In this document: piece after piece, positions 16,467 through 26,275 of the stretch
Numbering within the stretch: position 1 is the first letter of the stretch
Layout: every line of letters begins with the position of its first letter
NCBI GenBank assembly: GCA_037442105.1
Contig: JBBIQV010000002.1
Span: 124,001-158,077, forward strand
From: Nitrospiraceae bacterium
GTDB lineage: Bacteria; Nitrospirota; Nitrospiria; Nitrospirales; Nitrospiraceae
Length of the DNA: 34,077 nt
Reading direction: 5' to 3'
Program-made: the position numbers and the translations under genes
Notes under the pieces: model-generated
What the model was told of the DNA's origin: nothing
Database searches by the model: none
The model's input: the letters and a program-made list of their open reading frames with translations, nothing else

Positions 16467-18092
16467 ATGACGCAGTCTGAGGCACTCGCCATATTGAAGA
16501 CGGGCGCGAACGTGTTCGTGACCGGCGAGCCAGGGTCCGGCAAGACGCACACGATCAACGAGTATGTCGCCTATTTGCGCGCGCGAGGGATCGAGCCGGC
16601 CATCACCGCTTCAACCGGCATCGCCGCGACGCACATCGGAGGGATGACGATTCATTCGTGGAGCGGCATCGGCATTCGCACGACGTTGGGCCGATCCGAT
16701 CTTCATGCCATCGCGTTAAGCAAGCCGATCGCCAAGCGCGTCCGGCGCGCCAAGGTGCTGATCATCGACGAAGTGTCCATGCTGGCCGCCGAAGTCCTTT
16801 CCATGGTCGATGCCGTGTGTCGCGAGATCAAGGAGCGGTCGGAACCGTTCGGCGGCCTGCAAGTCGTCGTGGTCGGCGACTTTTTCCAATTGCCGGTCGT
16901 CAAGCCCGTACAAGACGAGCGAATAGCCGATAGCCGACAGCGAACAGCGAAGAGTGAAGAGCTCAAAGCTGCTTGCTACTCGCTGCCCGCTGTCTGCCGT
17001 TTTGCCTATGACTCTCCTGCGTGGAAAGGGGCCGACCTGACGGTCTGCTATCTCACCGAACAGCACCGGCAGGACGACGGCGAGTTTCTGGCTGTGCTCT
17101 CGGCCATTCGGCGCAACACGTTCGGCCCCGATCACCTGCGCTGTCTGACCGGCAGAACCGTTCAGCGCCACCATGCACCGAAGGCCGCGCCGAAACTCTT
17201 TTCGCATAACGTCGATGTGGATCGGGTGAATGAGGGGGTCCTCGCTCAACTTCCCGGCAAGCCGCGTGTCTATGCCATGACATCGCAAGGCCCGGCCGCG
17301 CTCATCTCCGCGCTGAAGAAGGGATGTCTCTCGCCTGAGACGCTGCGTCTGAAAGCCGGCGCGGCGGTGATGTTCACGAAGAACAATCTGAAAGAGGGGT
17401 TCGTGAACGGCACGCTCGGCGTCGTGGAAGCGTGTGATGACCATGACCATCATCCGATCGTCAGAACGCGAAGCGGAAGACGGATTGCCGTTGAGCCGAT
17501 GGACTGGGCGGTGGAGGAGAACGGGACCATCCGCGCGCGCATTATGCAAGTGCCGCTGAGGCTGGCGTGGGCCATCACCGTGCACAAAAGCCAAGGGATG
17601 AGCTTGGACGAGGCGGTGATGGATTTGCGCGAGGTGTTTGAATTCGGGCAGGGCTATGTCGCGCTTTCGCGCATCAGGCGACTGTCGGGCCTGCATCTGC
17701 TAGGCTGGACCGAGGACGCATTCCGGGTGCACCCGGAGGTCTTGGCCACAGATGCCGAATTCCGCACACAGTCGGAGCAGGCCGCCCGCCTATTCGGCGG
17801 AATGACCGGAGAGGAGAGGACCGCCAAGCATGAGCGATTCCTTCGCCGATGCGGTGGGACGATCCGATTCAACGAACCGATGACTCGGGCGACTCCTCCG
17901 CCGTCGGGTTTCGACACGATCAGAGCACGCCATCCCAATGCCTATTGTCCGTGGGATCAGGCGCAGGATGAGCAATTGCGGGAACTCTTTGCACAAGGTT
18001 CGTCCGTCGCCAGCCTCGCGCAAACGTTCAACAGGACGAGAGGGGCCATTAGGTCGCGCCTGGCTAAATTGGGACTGGTGGAGAAGGGATGA
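16467..18092 (+). CDS. Pif1/RecD-like SF1B helicase with C-terminal HTH-like domain
   Basis: GEPGSGKT, TASTGIAA..GGMTIHSW, LIIDEVSM, PFGGLQ..GDFFQLP, LTEQHRQ, FVNG, PLRLAWAITVHKSQGMSL, GQGYVALSR; tail WDQAQDEQL..RTRGAIRSRL. Confidence 0.92.
   Translation: MTQSEALAILKTGANVFVTGEPGSGKTHTINEYVAYLRARGIEPAITASTGIAATHIGGMTIHSWSGIGIRTTLGRSDLHAIALSKPIAKRVRRAKVLIIDEVSMLAAEVLSMVDAVCREIKERSEPFGGLQVVVVGDFFQLPVVKPVQDERIADSRQRTAKSEELKAACYSLPAVCRFAYDSPAWKGADLTVCYLTEQHRQDDGEFLAVLSAIRRNTFGPDHLRCLTGRTVQRHHAPKAAPKLFSHNVDVDRVNEGVLAQLPGKPRVYAMTSQGPAALISALKKGCLSPETLRLKAGAAVMFTKNNLKEGFVNGTLGVVEACDDHDHHPIVRTRSGRRIAVEPMDWAVEENGTIRARIMQVPLRLAWAITVHKSQGMSLDEAVMDLREVFEFGQGYVALSRIRRLSGLHLLGWTEDAFRVHPEVLATDAEFRTQSEQAARLFGGMTGEERTAKHERFLRRCGGTIRFNEPMTRATPPPSGFDTIRARHPNAYCPWDQAQDEQLRELFAQGSSVASLAQTFNRTRGAIRSRLAKLGLVEKG
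16918..17005. repeat. In-frame heptamer hairpin inside the Pif1 gene
   Basis: AGCGAAT AGCCGAT AGCCGAC AGCGAAC AGCGAAG AGTGAAG AGC .. GCTGCTT GCTACTC GCTGCCC GCTGTCT GCC. Confidence 0.8.
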
Positions 18093-18130
18093 ATGCCTGT
18101 TAGCCATATGTTCTTGAAGGGAAGGAGCCT

Positions 18131-18460
18131 ATGCACACGATCCTACTGCTGACCATCTCCAACATCTTCATGACCTTCGCCTGGTACGGCCATCTCAAGT
18201 ACAAGGAGGCGCCGTTGTGGACGGCGATCGTGGTGAGCTGGCTGATTGCTTCGGTCGAATATTGTTTCCAGGTGCCGGCCAATCGGATCGGCCATTATGA
18301 ATTCACCGCCGCGCAATTGAAGACGATTCAGGAAGTCATCACGCTACTGGTGTTCTGCGTGTTCTCGGTCGTGTATCTCAAAGAAGAGCTGAAGTGGAAT
18401 TATCTCGTCGGGTTCGGCATGATGGTCGGCGCGGTGTTCTTCATTTTCAAGGAATGGTAA
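18131..18460 (+). CDS. DMT-superfamily small membrane protein (DMT_6/DUF486-like)
   Basis: SNIFMTFAWYGHLK..SWLIA..EYCFQVPANRIG..QLKTIQEVITL; four hydrophobic helices; SD GGAG. Confidence 0.88.
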   Translation: MHTILLLTISNIFMTFAWYGHLKYKEAPLWTAIVVSWLIASVEYCFQVPANRIGHYEFTAAQLKTIQEVITLLVFCVFSVVYLKEELKWNYLVGFGMMVGAVFFIFKEW

Positions 18461-18506
18461 TCTCTTCGCTGAAGGCTGATAGCTGGCAGCTTCGGAGCAA
18501 CGCGAC

Positions 18507-20945
18507 ATGCAAGATTTTGAAAAACTCGGCGTGTTTTATCTTGGCCGCCCGTACGACCTGGCGAAGAAGAAGCCAAAACCCGGCTGGCTGCTCTACGACT
18601 CGAAGGACTTGGTTACTCACGCAGTCTGCGTGGGCATGACGGGCAGCGGCAAGACCGGTCTCTGCATCGGCCTGCTGGAGGAGGCGGCCATCGACGGCAT
18701 TCCCGCGCTGGTGATTGATCCGAAAGGCGATCTCGCGAACCTGCTGCTCACGTTTCCCCAGCTCAAGGGCGAAGACTTCGCGCCTTGGATCAACGAGGAC
18801 GATGCGCGCAAGAAAGGGCTCTCGCCGGCGGATTATGCCGAGCAACAGGCAGAGCTATGGAAGCAAGGGCTTGATGACTGGGGACAGGACGGAGCGCGCA
18901 TCCAACGGCTTCGTGAGGCCGCCGACTTTGCGATCTATACTCCGGGCAGCAATGCCGGCTTGCCCGTCTCGATTCTGAAGTCGTTCGCGGCACCGTCAAA
19001 GGAGCTCCTCAGCGACGCCGAGCTCTTGCGCGAGCGAGTCGGCACCACCGCCACGAGTCTGCTGGGCCTCCTTGGCGTTGATGCTGATCCGATCAAGAGC
19101 CGCGAACATATTCTGATCTCAACCATCCTGGATACGGCCTGGAGGCAGGGCCAGGATCTCGATCTCGCGGCGCTCATCCAACACATTCAAATGCCCCCTG
19201 TCTCGAAAGTGGGCGTGCTCGATGTAGATTCCTTCTATCCGTCGAAGGACCGATTCGAACTGGCCATGCAGCTCAACAACCTGCTGGCGGCGCCGGGGTT
19301 CTCCGCCTGGATGGAAGGGGAATCGCTGGACATCAACCGGCTGCTCTATACCCCGGAAGGCAAGCCCAGGATCGCCATCTTCTCCATTGCGCATCTCAGC
19401 GACGCCGAACGGATGTTCTTCGTCACGCTGCTCCTGAGCCAGACGCTGGGCTGGGTCCGGACGCAGTCGGGCACCACGAGCCTGCGCGCGATTCTCTACA
19501 TGGATGAGATTTTCGGCTACTTTCCACCGGTCGCCAATCCGCCCTCGAAACAACCGTTGCTCACGCTGCTCAAACAAGCGCGGGCGTTTGGTCTTGGGGT
19601 GGTGTTGGCCACGCAGAATCCGGTCGATCTCGACTACAAGGGCCTCGCCAACACCGGCACCTGGTTTATCGGGCGGTTGCAGACGGAACGAGACAAGGCG
19701 CGGGTGGTGGAAGGGCTCGAAGGGGCAGCATCCAGCAGTGGGAAGAAGTTCGACCGTCAGCGGATGGAACAGATTCTGGCCGGTTTGGGGAACCGAGTCT
19801 TTCTGCTGAACAATGTGCATGAAGATGCGCCGGAGGTGTTCCAGACCCGCTGGACGCTCTCCTATTTGCGCGGTCCGCTCACGCGGACGCAGATCAAGAC
19901 GCTCATGGAGCCGGTGAAGCGTCAACCGTCAACCGTCAACCGCCAAATGTCAGGCGAAGCCCGATTGACGAATGACGGTTCACGGATGACGGCATCACGT
20001 CCCATGTTGCCGCCGGATGTGCCGCAGCACTTTATTCCGATTCGTGGCGGGCAGCCGGGCGGCAGTTCGCTGGTCTATCAACCGGTGGTTCTCGGTTCCT
20101 CGCAGATTCGGTTCTCCGACAGTAAGGTTGGTGTGGATGTGACGCAGGAGGTCACTGTCTTGGCGCCGATCGAGGAGGGACCGGTCTCTGTGGATTGGGA
20201 CCATGCCATCGATGCCGGAGTGGCGCTGTCCGATCTGGAGCGGGCTCCGGCCGACGGAGCCCGGTTCGCTGATTTGCCGGGCGCGGCGAGCAAGGCCAAG
20301 AGTTACGAGAGTTGGAGCAAAGATTTCTCCGGCTGGCTTTTCCGGAATCAAAAGATCGACCTGTTCAAGAGTCTGAGTACGAGGGAAGTTTCCAAGCCCG
20401 GCGAGTCGGAACGGGATTTTCGCCTCAGGCTACAACAATCGGGACGTGAGCAGCGCGACAAGCGAATGGAAAGCTTACGTCAGAAATACGCGCCGAAGAT
20501 CGTGACCTTGCAGGACCGTATCCGCCGCGCGGAACAAATGGTCGAACGGCAAACTGCTGAGTCTCGGGTGAGTCAAGTGCAGGCCGCTATTTCAGTGGGA
20601 GCGACCTTGCTGGGCGCATTTCTCGGACGGAAGGCCATCAGCGCCACGAATATCGGCAGGGCGACAACTGCAATTCGCAGTGCCGGACGGGTCATAAAGG
20701 AAACGCAGGATGTTGGTCAGGCGAAGGAGAATGTCGCGGCCTTGCAGCAGCAGTTGGCCGATCTGGAGGCGCAATTCGAAGCGGAGGCCGATGCTGTGAC
20801 CACCGCCACAGATCCACTCACCGAAAAACTCGAAATCGTCTCCCTCAAGCCGGCGAAGGCCAATATCTCCGTCCGGCTCGTCGCCTTAGCTTGGACCCCG
20901 CATTGGCAGGACGCCCAGGGCCATGTAATTCCAGCCTATTACTGA
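18507..20945 (+). CDS. HerA/FtsK-like (DUF87) P-loop ATPase with C-terminal coiled coil
   Basis: HAVCVGMTGSGKT, VIDPKGD, LYMDEIFG, KQARAFGLGVVLATQNPVDLD, WFIGRLQTERD. Confidence 0.85.
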   Translation: MQDFEKLGVFYLGRPYDLAKKKPKPGWLLYDSKDLVTHAVCVGMTGSGKTGLCIGLLEEAAIDGIPALVIDPKGDLANLLLTFPQLKGEDFAPWINEDDARKKGLSPADYAEQQAELWKQGLDDWGQDGARIQRLREAADFAIYTPGSNAGLPVSILKSFAAPSKELLSDAELLRERVGTTATSLLGLLGVDADPIKSREHILISTILDTAWRQGQDLDLAALIQHIQMPPVSKVGVLDVDSFYPSKDRFELAMQLNNLLAAPGFSAWMEGESLDINRLLYTPEGKPRIAIFSIAHLSDAERMFFVTLLLSQTLGWVRTQSGTTSLRAILYMDEIFGYFPPVANPPSKQPLLTLLKQARAFGLGVVLATQNPVDLDYKGLANTGTWFIGRLQTERDKARVVEGLEGAASSSGKKFDRQRMEQILAGLGNRVFLLNNVHEDAPEVFQTRWTLSYLRGPLTRTQIKTLMEPVKRQPSTVNRQMSGEARLTNDGSRMTASRPMLPPDVPQHFIPIRGGQPGGSSLVYQPVVLGSSQIRFSDSKVGVDVTQEVTVLAPIEEGPVSVDWDHAIDAGVALSDLERAPADGARFADLPGAASKAKSYESWSKDFSGWLFRNQKIDLFKSLSTREVSKPGESERDFRLRLQQSGREQRDKRMESLRQKYAPKIVTLQDRIRRAEQMVERQTAESRVSQVQAAISVGATLLGAFLGRKAISATNIGRATTAIRSAGRVIKETQDVGQAKENVAALQQQLADLEAQFEAEADAVTTATDPLTEKLEIVSLKPAKANISVRLVALAWTPHWQDAQGHVIPAYY
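19920..19999. repeat. In-frame heptamer hairpin inside the HerA-like gene
   Basis: CGTCAAC x3 CGCCAAA TGTCAGG .. ATTGACG AATGACG GTTCACG GATGACG GCATCACG. Confidence 0.8.
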
Positions 20946-21087
20946 CCGCCCGTCGCTTGTGCTCTTCCCTACCCCTCCCCTTTCCTCTGGCCGCTCGCTC
21001 CTCGCCTGAACATCCATCCACCGGCTCAAGCTTTTCGGTCGCAGAACCGATAATTAGTATGGTGCGCCTGTCACGGCGACGCAGTTC

Positions 21088-21238
21088 TGGCCCACATTAT
21101 TCATGAACGCTTCTGCTGCGAGTGCCAAGGAGCGAATAGCGAATAGCTGGTAGCGAATGGCTCTGAGCTACTTGCTGCTCGCTGTTGGCTGTTCGCTATT
21201 CCGATTTCGCGAGGAACCGTCATGAATCATGCGGGCTA
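21088..21238. mobile_element. MITE family A, copy 2 (AGC/GCT heptamer hairpin cargo)
   Basis: TGGCCCACATTATTCATGA ... GATTTCGCGAGGAACCG TCATGAATCATGCGGGCTA; interior AGCGAAT repeats followed by GCTNTTN repeats. Confidence 0.8.
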
Positions 21239-21263
21239 ACAGCCACGAGCGGAGGAAGGAGCG

Positions 21264-21644
21264 ATGCCGTCTGTTCTGATCATCGACGACGACGATAACC
21301 TGAGAGATTCCCTGCGCCGGACCCTGCATAAGGCCGGGTACACAGTGTCGGACGCCAGCGATGGGAAGCAAGGGCTTCTCAAGCTGGAGACCGTGTCACC
21401 GGACCTCATCCTCCTCGACATCTTCATGCCGGGGAAGGAGGGCTTAGAGACCATCGTGGAACTCCGCCGGTCACATCCCGGCGTCCGGGTGATCGCGATG
21501 TCGGGCGGGGGCACCAAAGGCATGATCGACGTGCTCAAGGCGGCGACGTTGCTCGGCGCTCGGCGAACGCTGGCCAAACCCTTTAGCCCTGAGCAATTGC
21601 TCGAAGCGGTGCGGGCGGAAATGGTAGTGGCAGACCGGTCGTGA
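21264..21644 (+). CDS. Single-domain response regulator
   Basis: LIIDDDD, LLDIFMP, AMSGG, LAKPF; SD GGAG. Confidence 0.9.
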   Translation: MPSVLIIDDDDNLRDSLRRTLHKAGYTVSDASDGKQGLLKLETVSPDLILLDIFMPGKEGLETIVELRRSHPGVRVIAMSGGGTKGMIDVLKAATLLGARRTLAKPFSPEQLLEAVRAEMVVADRS

Positions 21645-21654
21645 GACTTCCCAT

Positions 21655-24600
21655 ATGTGGCTGATCGCTCGCCTTCGCACGTCATCTCCCCTCGCGCATC
21701 TGATCATCGGACTCACAGCCGTGGCGCTGGTGACGATGGTCATCGCGTGGCGGCATCTTCAGGAACGCCTCGTTGAGCGCGTCGGCACGAGCCTCGCTCT
21801 TGCCGCGCACGACATCGCCGGCAAATTGGATCTCTTGCTGGCCGAGCGATACGGGGATCTCCAGATGATGAGTCGTGCCCCTGTCCTACGAGACGGAGAT
21901 GCCACGGCAGTCACCAACTATTTGCAATCGCTCCGATCGGCGTATCCGGTCTATGCCTGGATCGGGATGGCGAACGCGCGCGGCGCAGTCGTGGCGGCGA
22001 CGGACCAGGACGATGTCGGAACAGATTGGAGCGGGGAGCCTTGGTTTCGGGAGTTGCAAGGGACCGGGAAGATCGCGGTTCGGGACGCGTCTCCGTCGGC
22101 TGAGCTGGGTGGGCACTTGGCCGTGTCGTTTGCAGCGCCGATTTATGCCGGGCAAAACGAGTTCCGCGGGGTCGTGGTGGCGCATATTGGGCTGTCCGCA
22201 TTCGAGAACCTCTTCACCGGGACCACAACCGCCTTGCAGGCCCAACACGGAACCGGGGTCAAGGTCGAATACCAATTTCTGAGAAGGAACGGCGAGTTGA
22301 TTGCCGACTCGCTGCGATCGGACGAGGGCCAGACGAATCTACAACACCTCGGTGTCCCGTCCGCGTTGCTGTTCCAAGGGGCAGTATCTGGATACACAGT
22401 CGAAAAGCACGGGCGCCGCCGCACGATGGTGATGACCGGCTACGCGCAAACCAAGGGGGCAGCGCCATTAGACCAGTTATCGTGGGGCGTGCTCGTCCGT
22501 CTCGACTGGGGCGACGTCATCGCCCCGATTCACGCGTTTCTCTGGAAGCTTGGCGCAGCCGGTGTCTTGGTGTGTGCACCATTCGTGGGGTTACTGCTCT
22601 GGCTGGCCGGCCAACTGAAACAAGAATGGGCCAAGACCAAACAGACAGAACAGGCCTTGCAGGCGAGTCAGGATAGGCTGCGCGCCATCATCGACGCGGA
22701 GCCGGCCTGCATCAAGGTGGTGGATCCGGAGGGTACCCTGCTTCAAATCAACGCTGCCGGCCTGTCCATGATCCAAGCCGATGATGAGGGTGCCGTCACC
22801 GGGCGGCCGGTGTTCCCATTGGTGGCCCGCGAACATCAGGAGGCCTTCCGGAGTTTTCATGTTCGTGTGTGCCAAGGCGCTGCGGCGTCGCTGGAGTTCG
22901 AGATCGTCGGACTGAAAGGCGCCCGCCGCTGGGTGGAATCGCATGCCGTGCCGATCCGGCTCGCTCCTCATATGCCTGTCATGCATCTGGCCGTTACACG
23001 CGATATTACGGCTGAGAAGCAGGCGGAAGGCCGGTTGGCTTTGCAACATGAGGTTACACACGTCATCGCGAACGGCGATTCTGAACATGAGGCCATTCCG
23101 CTCCTCCTCCGGACGATTTGTCATGGGTTGGGGTGGGAGCTGGGGGCCTACTGGGAAGTGGATGGCCCTTCCGACCTCTTGCGCTGCCGGCATGTCTGGC
23201 ACCGGGGCGACAGCGTGGAAGTGGCGGAGTTTGCCGCTCGCACGAGGACATCGACATTCAGCAACGGCGTGGGGCTTCCCGGGCGAGTGTGGGCGAGCGG
23301 GAAAGCGGTCTGGATTCGCGATGTGGTGGCGGACGACAACTTCCCCCGCGCACCGTATGCCGAGCAGGCCGGCATCCACGGAGGGTTGGCGTTCCCTATC
23401 ACGTCGGGGGATCGGGTCCAGGGAGTCATGGAGTTCTTTGCCCAAGCGGTTCGCGAACCGGACCACGTGCTCCTGCAAGTTCTGGAGACGCTCGCGGGTC
23501 AGATTTCGCTGTTCATCTCCCGCAAGCGGGCAAAGGAAGAGTTGCGCTTGGTCGTGGAGTCGGTTCCCAACGGCATACTGATGCTCAACCAAGACGGCAC
23601 GATTGCGCTGGTCAACGCCCAGGTCGAACAGGTCTTCGGCTACGCGAGACAGGAATTGCTCGGCCGGCCGGTGGAGGTGCTCATTCCCGAACGGTATCGC
23701 GCCCATCATGCGGAGCATCGCCGGGCGTTTTGTGCCACTCCGCGCGCGAGGGAGATGAGCGAGCGGCGGGACCTCGTCGGCCTCCGTAAAGACGGAACGG
23801 AGTTTCCCGTCGAAATCGGGCTCACCCCGATCGAGACGGTCAACGGATTGCGAACGTTGGCCGTCGTGGCCGACACGGCGGAACGCAAGCGAACGGAGCA
23901 TGCGCTTCACGCGGCGAAGGAAAAGGCCGAGCAAACGGCGAAGGAAAAAGCCGGCGTTCTGGCGGCGCTGCGGGTCTTTTTCATTTGCCTGGACGGACGC
24001 GGCTTGGTGAAAGAGTGGACGCCGAGCGCAGAACTTTTGCTCGGCTTGTCGCTCTGTGACGTCTTGGGGCATCCCTTCCGATCACTTCCCATCGGTTGGA
24101 ATTGGCAAGAGGTTGAGCCCGCCATCGATCGCGTGCGGCAGAGTCTGAAAGAAGTCCAAATCGACAAACTTGTTTTGAAACAGCCGAACGGTCAGGATCT
24201 GTTCGTCAAGCTCCAGATCTCCGCCTTGTGCGACGACCAGGAGACGGGGGTCGTCATCATGGGAGAGGATGTGACGGAGCGGCTGCAGCTTGAGCGGGAC
24301 CTGGTGCAGGCTCAGAAGTTGGAATCCATCGGGCAACTGGCCGCGGGTATTGCACACGAGATCAATACGCCGATTCAGTTTATCGGAGACAACGTCCGAT
24401 TCCTCCACGATTCATTCGCCGATTGCCTGGCCGCCATCCGGCGCTATCGCGAGTTGCTGGCTGTCGCCAAGCAGGGAGCCCCGGCGCCGGATGTGATCGG
24501 CAGCATCGAAGCGGCCGACGAGGCGGCTGACCTGAGCTACGTGATAGAAGAAATTCCGAAGGCGCTCTCGCAATCCGCCGAGGGAGTCGAACGGATCGCG

Positions 24601-25155
24601 AAGATCGTGCGGGCCATGAAGGAGTTCGCTCATCCCGGCATCGACGAGAAAGCTCCGGCCAACATCAACAAGGCAATCGAGAGCACCGTGACGGTCGCGC
24701 GCAATGAATGGAAGTACGTCGCCGACCTCAAGACCGACTTGGATCCCTCCCTGCCGTTGGTGCCCTGTCTCGTGGGCGAGTTCAACCAAGTGGTGCTGAA
24801 CATGATCGTGAACGCGACCCATGCGATTGCCGATGTCGTCAAGGGCAGCGGCGAGAAGGGGAACATCACGATCAGCACGGGGCTCGACGGGGAGTTCGCC
24901 GAAATTCGTATCGCGGACTCCGGCACGGGGATTCCGGAAACCATCCGCCCGAAGATTTTCGATCCGTTTTTCACGACCAAGGAAGTAGGGAAAGGCACCG
25001 GCCAGGGATTGGCCATCGCGCGTTCCGTGGTGGTCGATAAGCACGGCGGGACTATCACGGTGGACAGCGAGGTGGGGAAAGGGACGACCTTCATCATTCG
25101 GTTGCCGCTTCACACCACCGCCTCCGGCAAGGCGGCCACGGAGGGGATGCAATGA
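21655..25155 (+). CDS. Membrane sensor histidine kinase (TM-Cache-TM-PAS-GAF-PAS-PAS-HisKA-HATPase)
   Basis: Two hydrophobic segments around a Cache-like region; PAS motifs; GAF GLPGRVW..DDNFPR; H-box GIAHEINTP; DSGTGI, FFTTKEVGKGTGQGL. Confidence 0.92.
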   Translation: MWLIARLRTSSPLAHLIIGLTAVALVTMVIAWRHLQERLVERVGTSLALAAHDIAGKLDLLLAERYGDLQMMSRAPVLRDGDATAVTNYLQSLRSAYPVYAWIGMANARGAVVAATDQDDVGTDWSGEPWFRELQGTGKIAVRDASPSAELGGHLAVSFAAPIYAGQNEFRGVVVAHIGLSAFENLFTGTTTALQAQHGTGVKVEYQFLRRNGELIADSLRSDEGQTNLQHLGVPSALLFQGAVSGYTVEKHGRRRTMVMTGYAQTKGAAPLDQLSWGVLVRLDWGDVIAPIHAFLWKLGAAGVLVCAPFVGLLLWLAGQLKQEWAKTKQTEQALQASQDRLRAIIDAEPACIKVVDPEGTLLQINAAGLSMIQADDEGAVTGRPVFPLVAREHQEAFRSFHVRVCQGAAASLEFEIVGLKGARRWVESHAVPIRLAPHMPVMHLAVTRDITAEKQAEGRLALQHEVTHVIANGDSEHEAIPLLLRTICHGLGWELGAYWEVDGPSDLLRCRHVWHRGDSVEVAEFAARTRTSTFSNGVGLPGRVWASGKAVWIRDVVADDNFPRAPYAEQAGIHGGLAFPITSGDRVQGVMEFFAQAVREPDHVLLQVLETLAGQISLFISRKRAKEELRLVVESVPNGILMLNQDGTIALVNAQVEQVFGYARQELLGRPVEVLIPERYRAHHAEHRRAFCATPRAREMSERRDLVGLRKDGTEFPVEIGLTPIETVNGLRTLAVVADTAERKRTEHALHAAKEKAEQTAKEKAGVLAALRVFFICLDGRGLVKEWTPSAELLLGLSLCDVLGHPFRSLPIGWNWQEVEPAIDRVRQSLKEVQIDKLVLKQPNGQDLFVKLQISALCDDQETGVVIMGEDVTERLQLERDLVQAQKLESIGQLAAGIAHEINTPIQFIGDNVRFLHDSFADCLAAIRRYRELLAVAKQGAPAPDVIGSIEAADEAADLSYVIEEIPKALSQSAEGVERIAKIVRAMKEFAHPGIDEKAPANINKAIESTVTVARNEWKYVADLKTDLDPSLPLVPCLVGEFNQVVLNMIVNATHAIADVVKGSGEKGNITISTGLDGEFAEIRIADSGTGIPETIRPKIFDPFFTTKEVGKGTGQGLAIARSVVVDKHGGTITVDSEVGKGTTFIIRLPLHTTASGKAATEGMQ

Positions 25156-26273
25156 AACGCCATGTCGTGTTCGTGGACGACGATCCCGGCTTCCTCGACG
25201 GACTTCGGCGGATGCTGCGTTTTCATCGCGATCGGTGGGAGATGACGTTCGCGACCAGCGTGGATGAGGCGCTCGCCTGTTTGAAGGAACGGAGCGTGGA
25301 CGCGGTTATCTCGGATGTCATGCTGCCGGGCCGGACCGGTTTCGACCTCCTGAAAGCCGTCTCAAAATCCCCGCTCTTCGGCCATGTGCCGGTGATCATG
25401 ATGACGGGCTCCGACCAGCGGGACCTGAAGCGGCGGGCGCTGGACGAAGGAGCCGCGGATCTGCTCAATAAACCTGTCGATGTCGATGATTTGACCGCCC
25501 GCATCCGCAACGCGCTCCGGCTGAAGGCCTACGAGGATCAAATCAGGGGGCAAAATGACGAGCTCGAACGAAAAGTCCGCGAGCGCACCCAGGCGCTGCA
25601 TGCCGCTCGCCTGGATCTCATCTGGCGGCTCGGCCGGGTGGCCGAGTTTCGGGACGAGCAGACGGGCAATCACATTGTGCGGGTGGGGTCGTATTGTCGG
25701 GTCCTGGCCGAGGCGCTCGGGCTGCCGTGTGAGTTTGCCGACATGATCTTTCTCACCAGCCCCTTGCACGATCTCGGCAAGATCGGAATTCCGGACGGCA
25801 TCCTCCTGCAGCCGCGTAAGCTCATGCCGGAGGAATGGGACATCATGAAGCGGCACTGCGCCATCGGAGCCGAGATCCTTCGGCAAGACGCCTGGCGCTG
25901 GTCACCACTGGCGGCGCTGGCGGGGGTCGGATCGGCGGATGAGGCCGACGCCAAGAAAAACCCCTTTCTCGCCATGGCGTCCTCAATCGCCCTGGCGCAT
26001 CATGAGTGGTGGGACGGTACCGGGTACCCGCAACGATTGGCGGGGGAGGCGATTCCGCTGGAAGCGCGTGTCGTTGCGGTGGCGGACGTGTACGACGCTT
26101 TGTGTTCGGCGCGGCCCTATAAGCCCGCGTTCGCGGAGAAGACCGTGCTGGGGATCATGAAGGAGAAAGCCGGGAGTCATTTCGATCCCGCCGTGTACGA
26201 TGCGTTCCTGCGATCGCTTCCCGCGTTCCGTGATATTCGCCGCCGGCTCACCGATCGCGCGGCGGCAGCCTGA
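25152..26273 (+). CDS. Response regulator with HD-GYP phosphodiesterase domain (RpfG-like)
   Basis: REC domain, TGNHIVRV, LHDLGKIG, HHEWWDGTGYP, VADVYDAL..RPYK. Confidence 0.92.
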   Translation: MKRHVVFVDDDPGFLDGLRRMLRFHRDRWEMTFATSVDEALACLKERSVDAVISDVMLPGRTGFDLLKAVSKSPLFGHVPVIMMTGSDQRDLKRRALDEGAADLLNKPVDVDDLTARIRNALRLKAYEDQIRGQNDELERKVRERTQALHAARLDLIWRLGRVAEFRDEQTGNHIVRVGSYCRVLAEALGLPCEFADMIFLTSPLHDLGKIGIPDGILLQPRKLMPEEWDIMKRHCAIGAEILRQDAWRWSPLAALAGVGSADEADAKKNPFLAMASSIALAHHEWWDGTGYPQRLAGEAIPLEARVVAVADVYDALCSARPYKPAFAEKTVLGIMKEKAGSHFDPAVYDAFLRSLPAFRDIRRRLTDRAAAA

Positions 26274-26275
26274 GC

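Noticed and set aside
18098..18106. GTTAGCC before the DMT gene as another cassette boundary
   Set aside because: No matching RYYYAAC or attC stem upstream, and none after the DMT gene.
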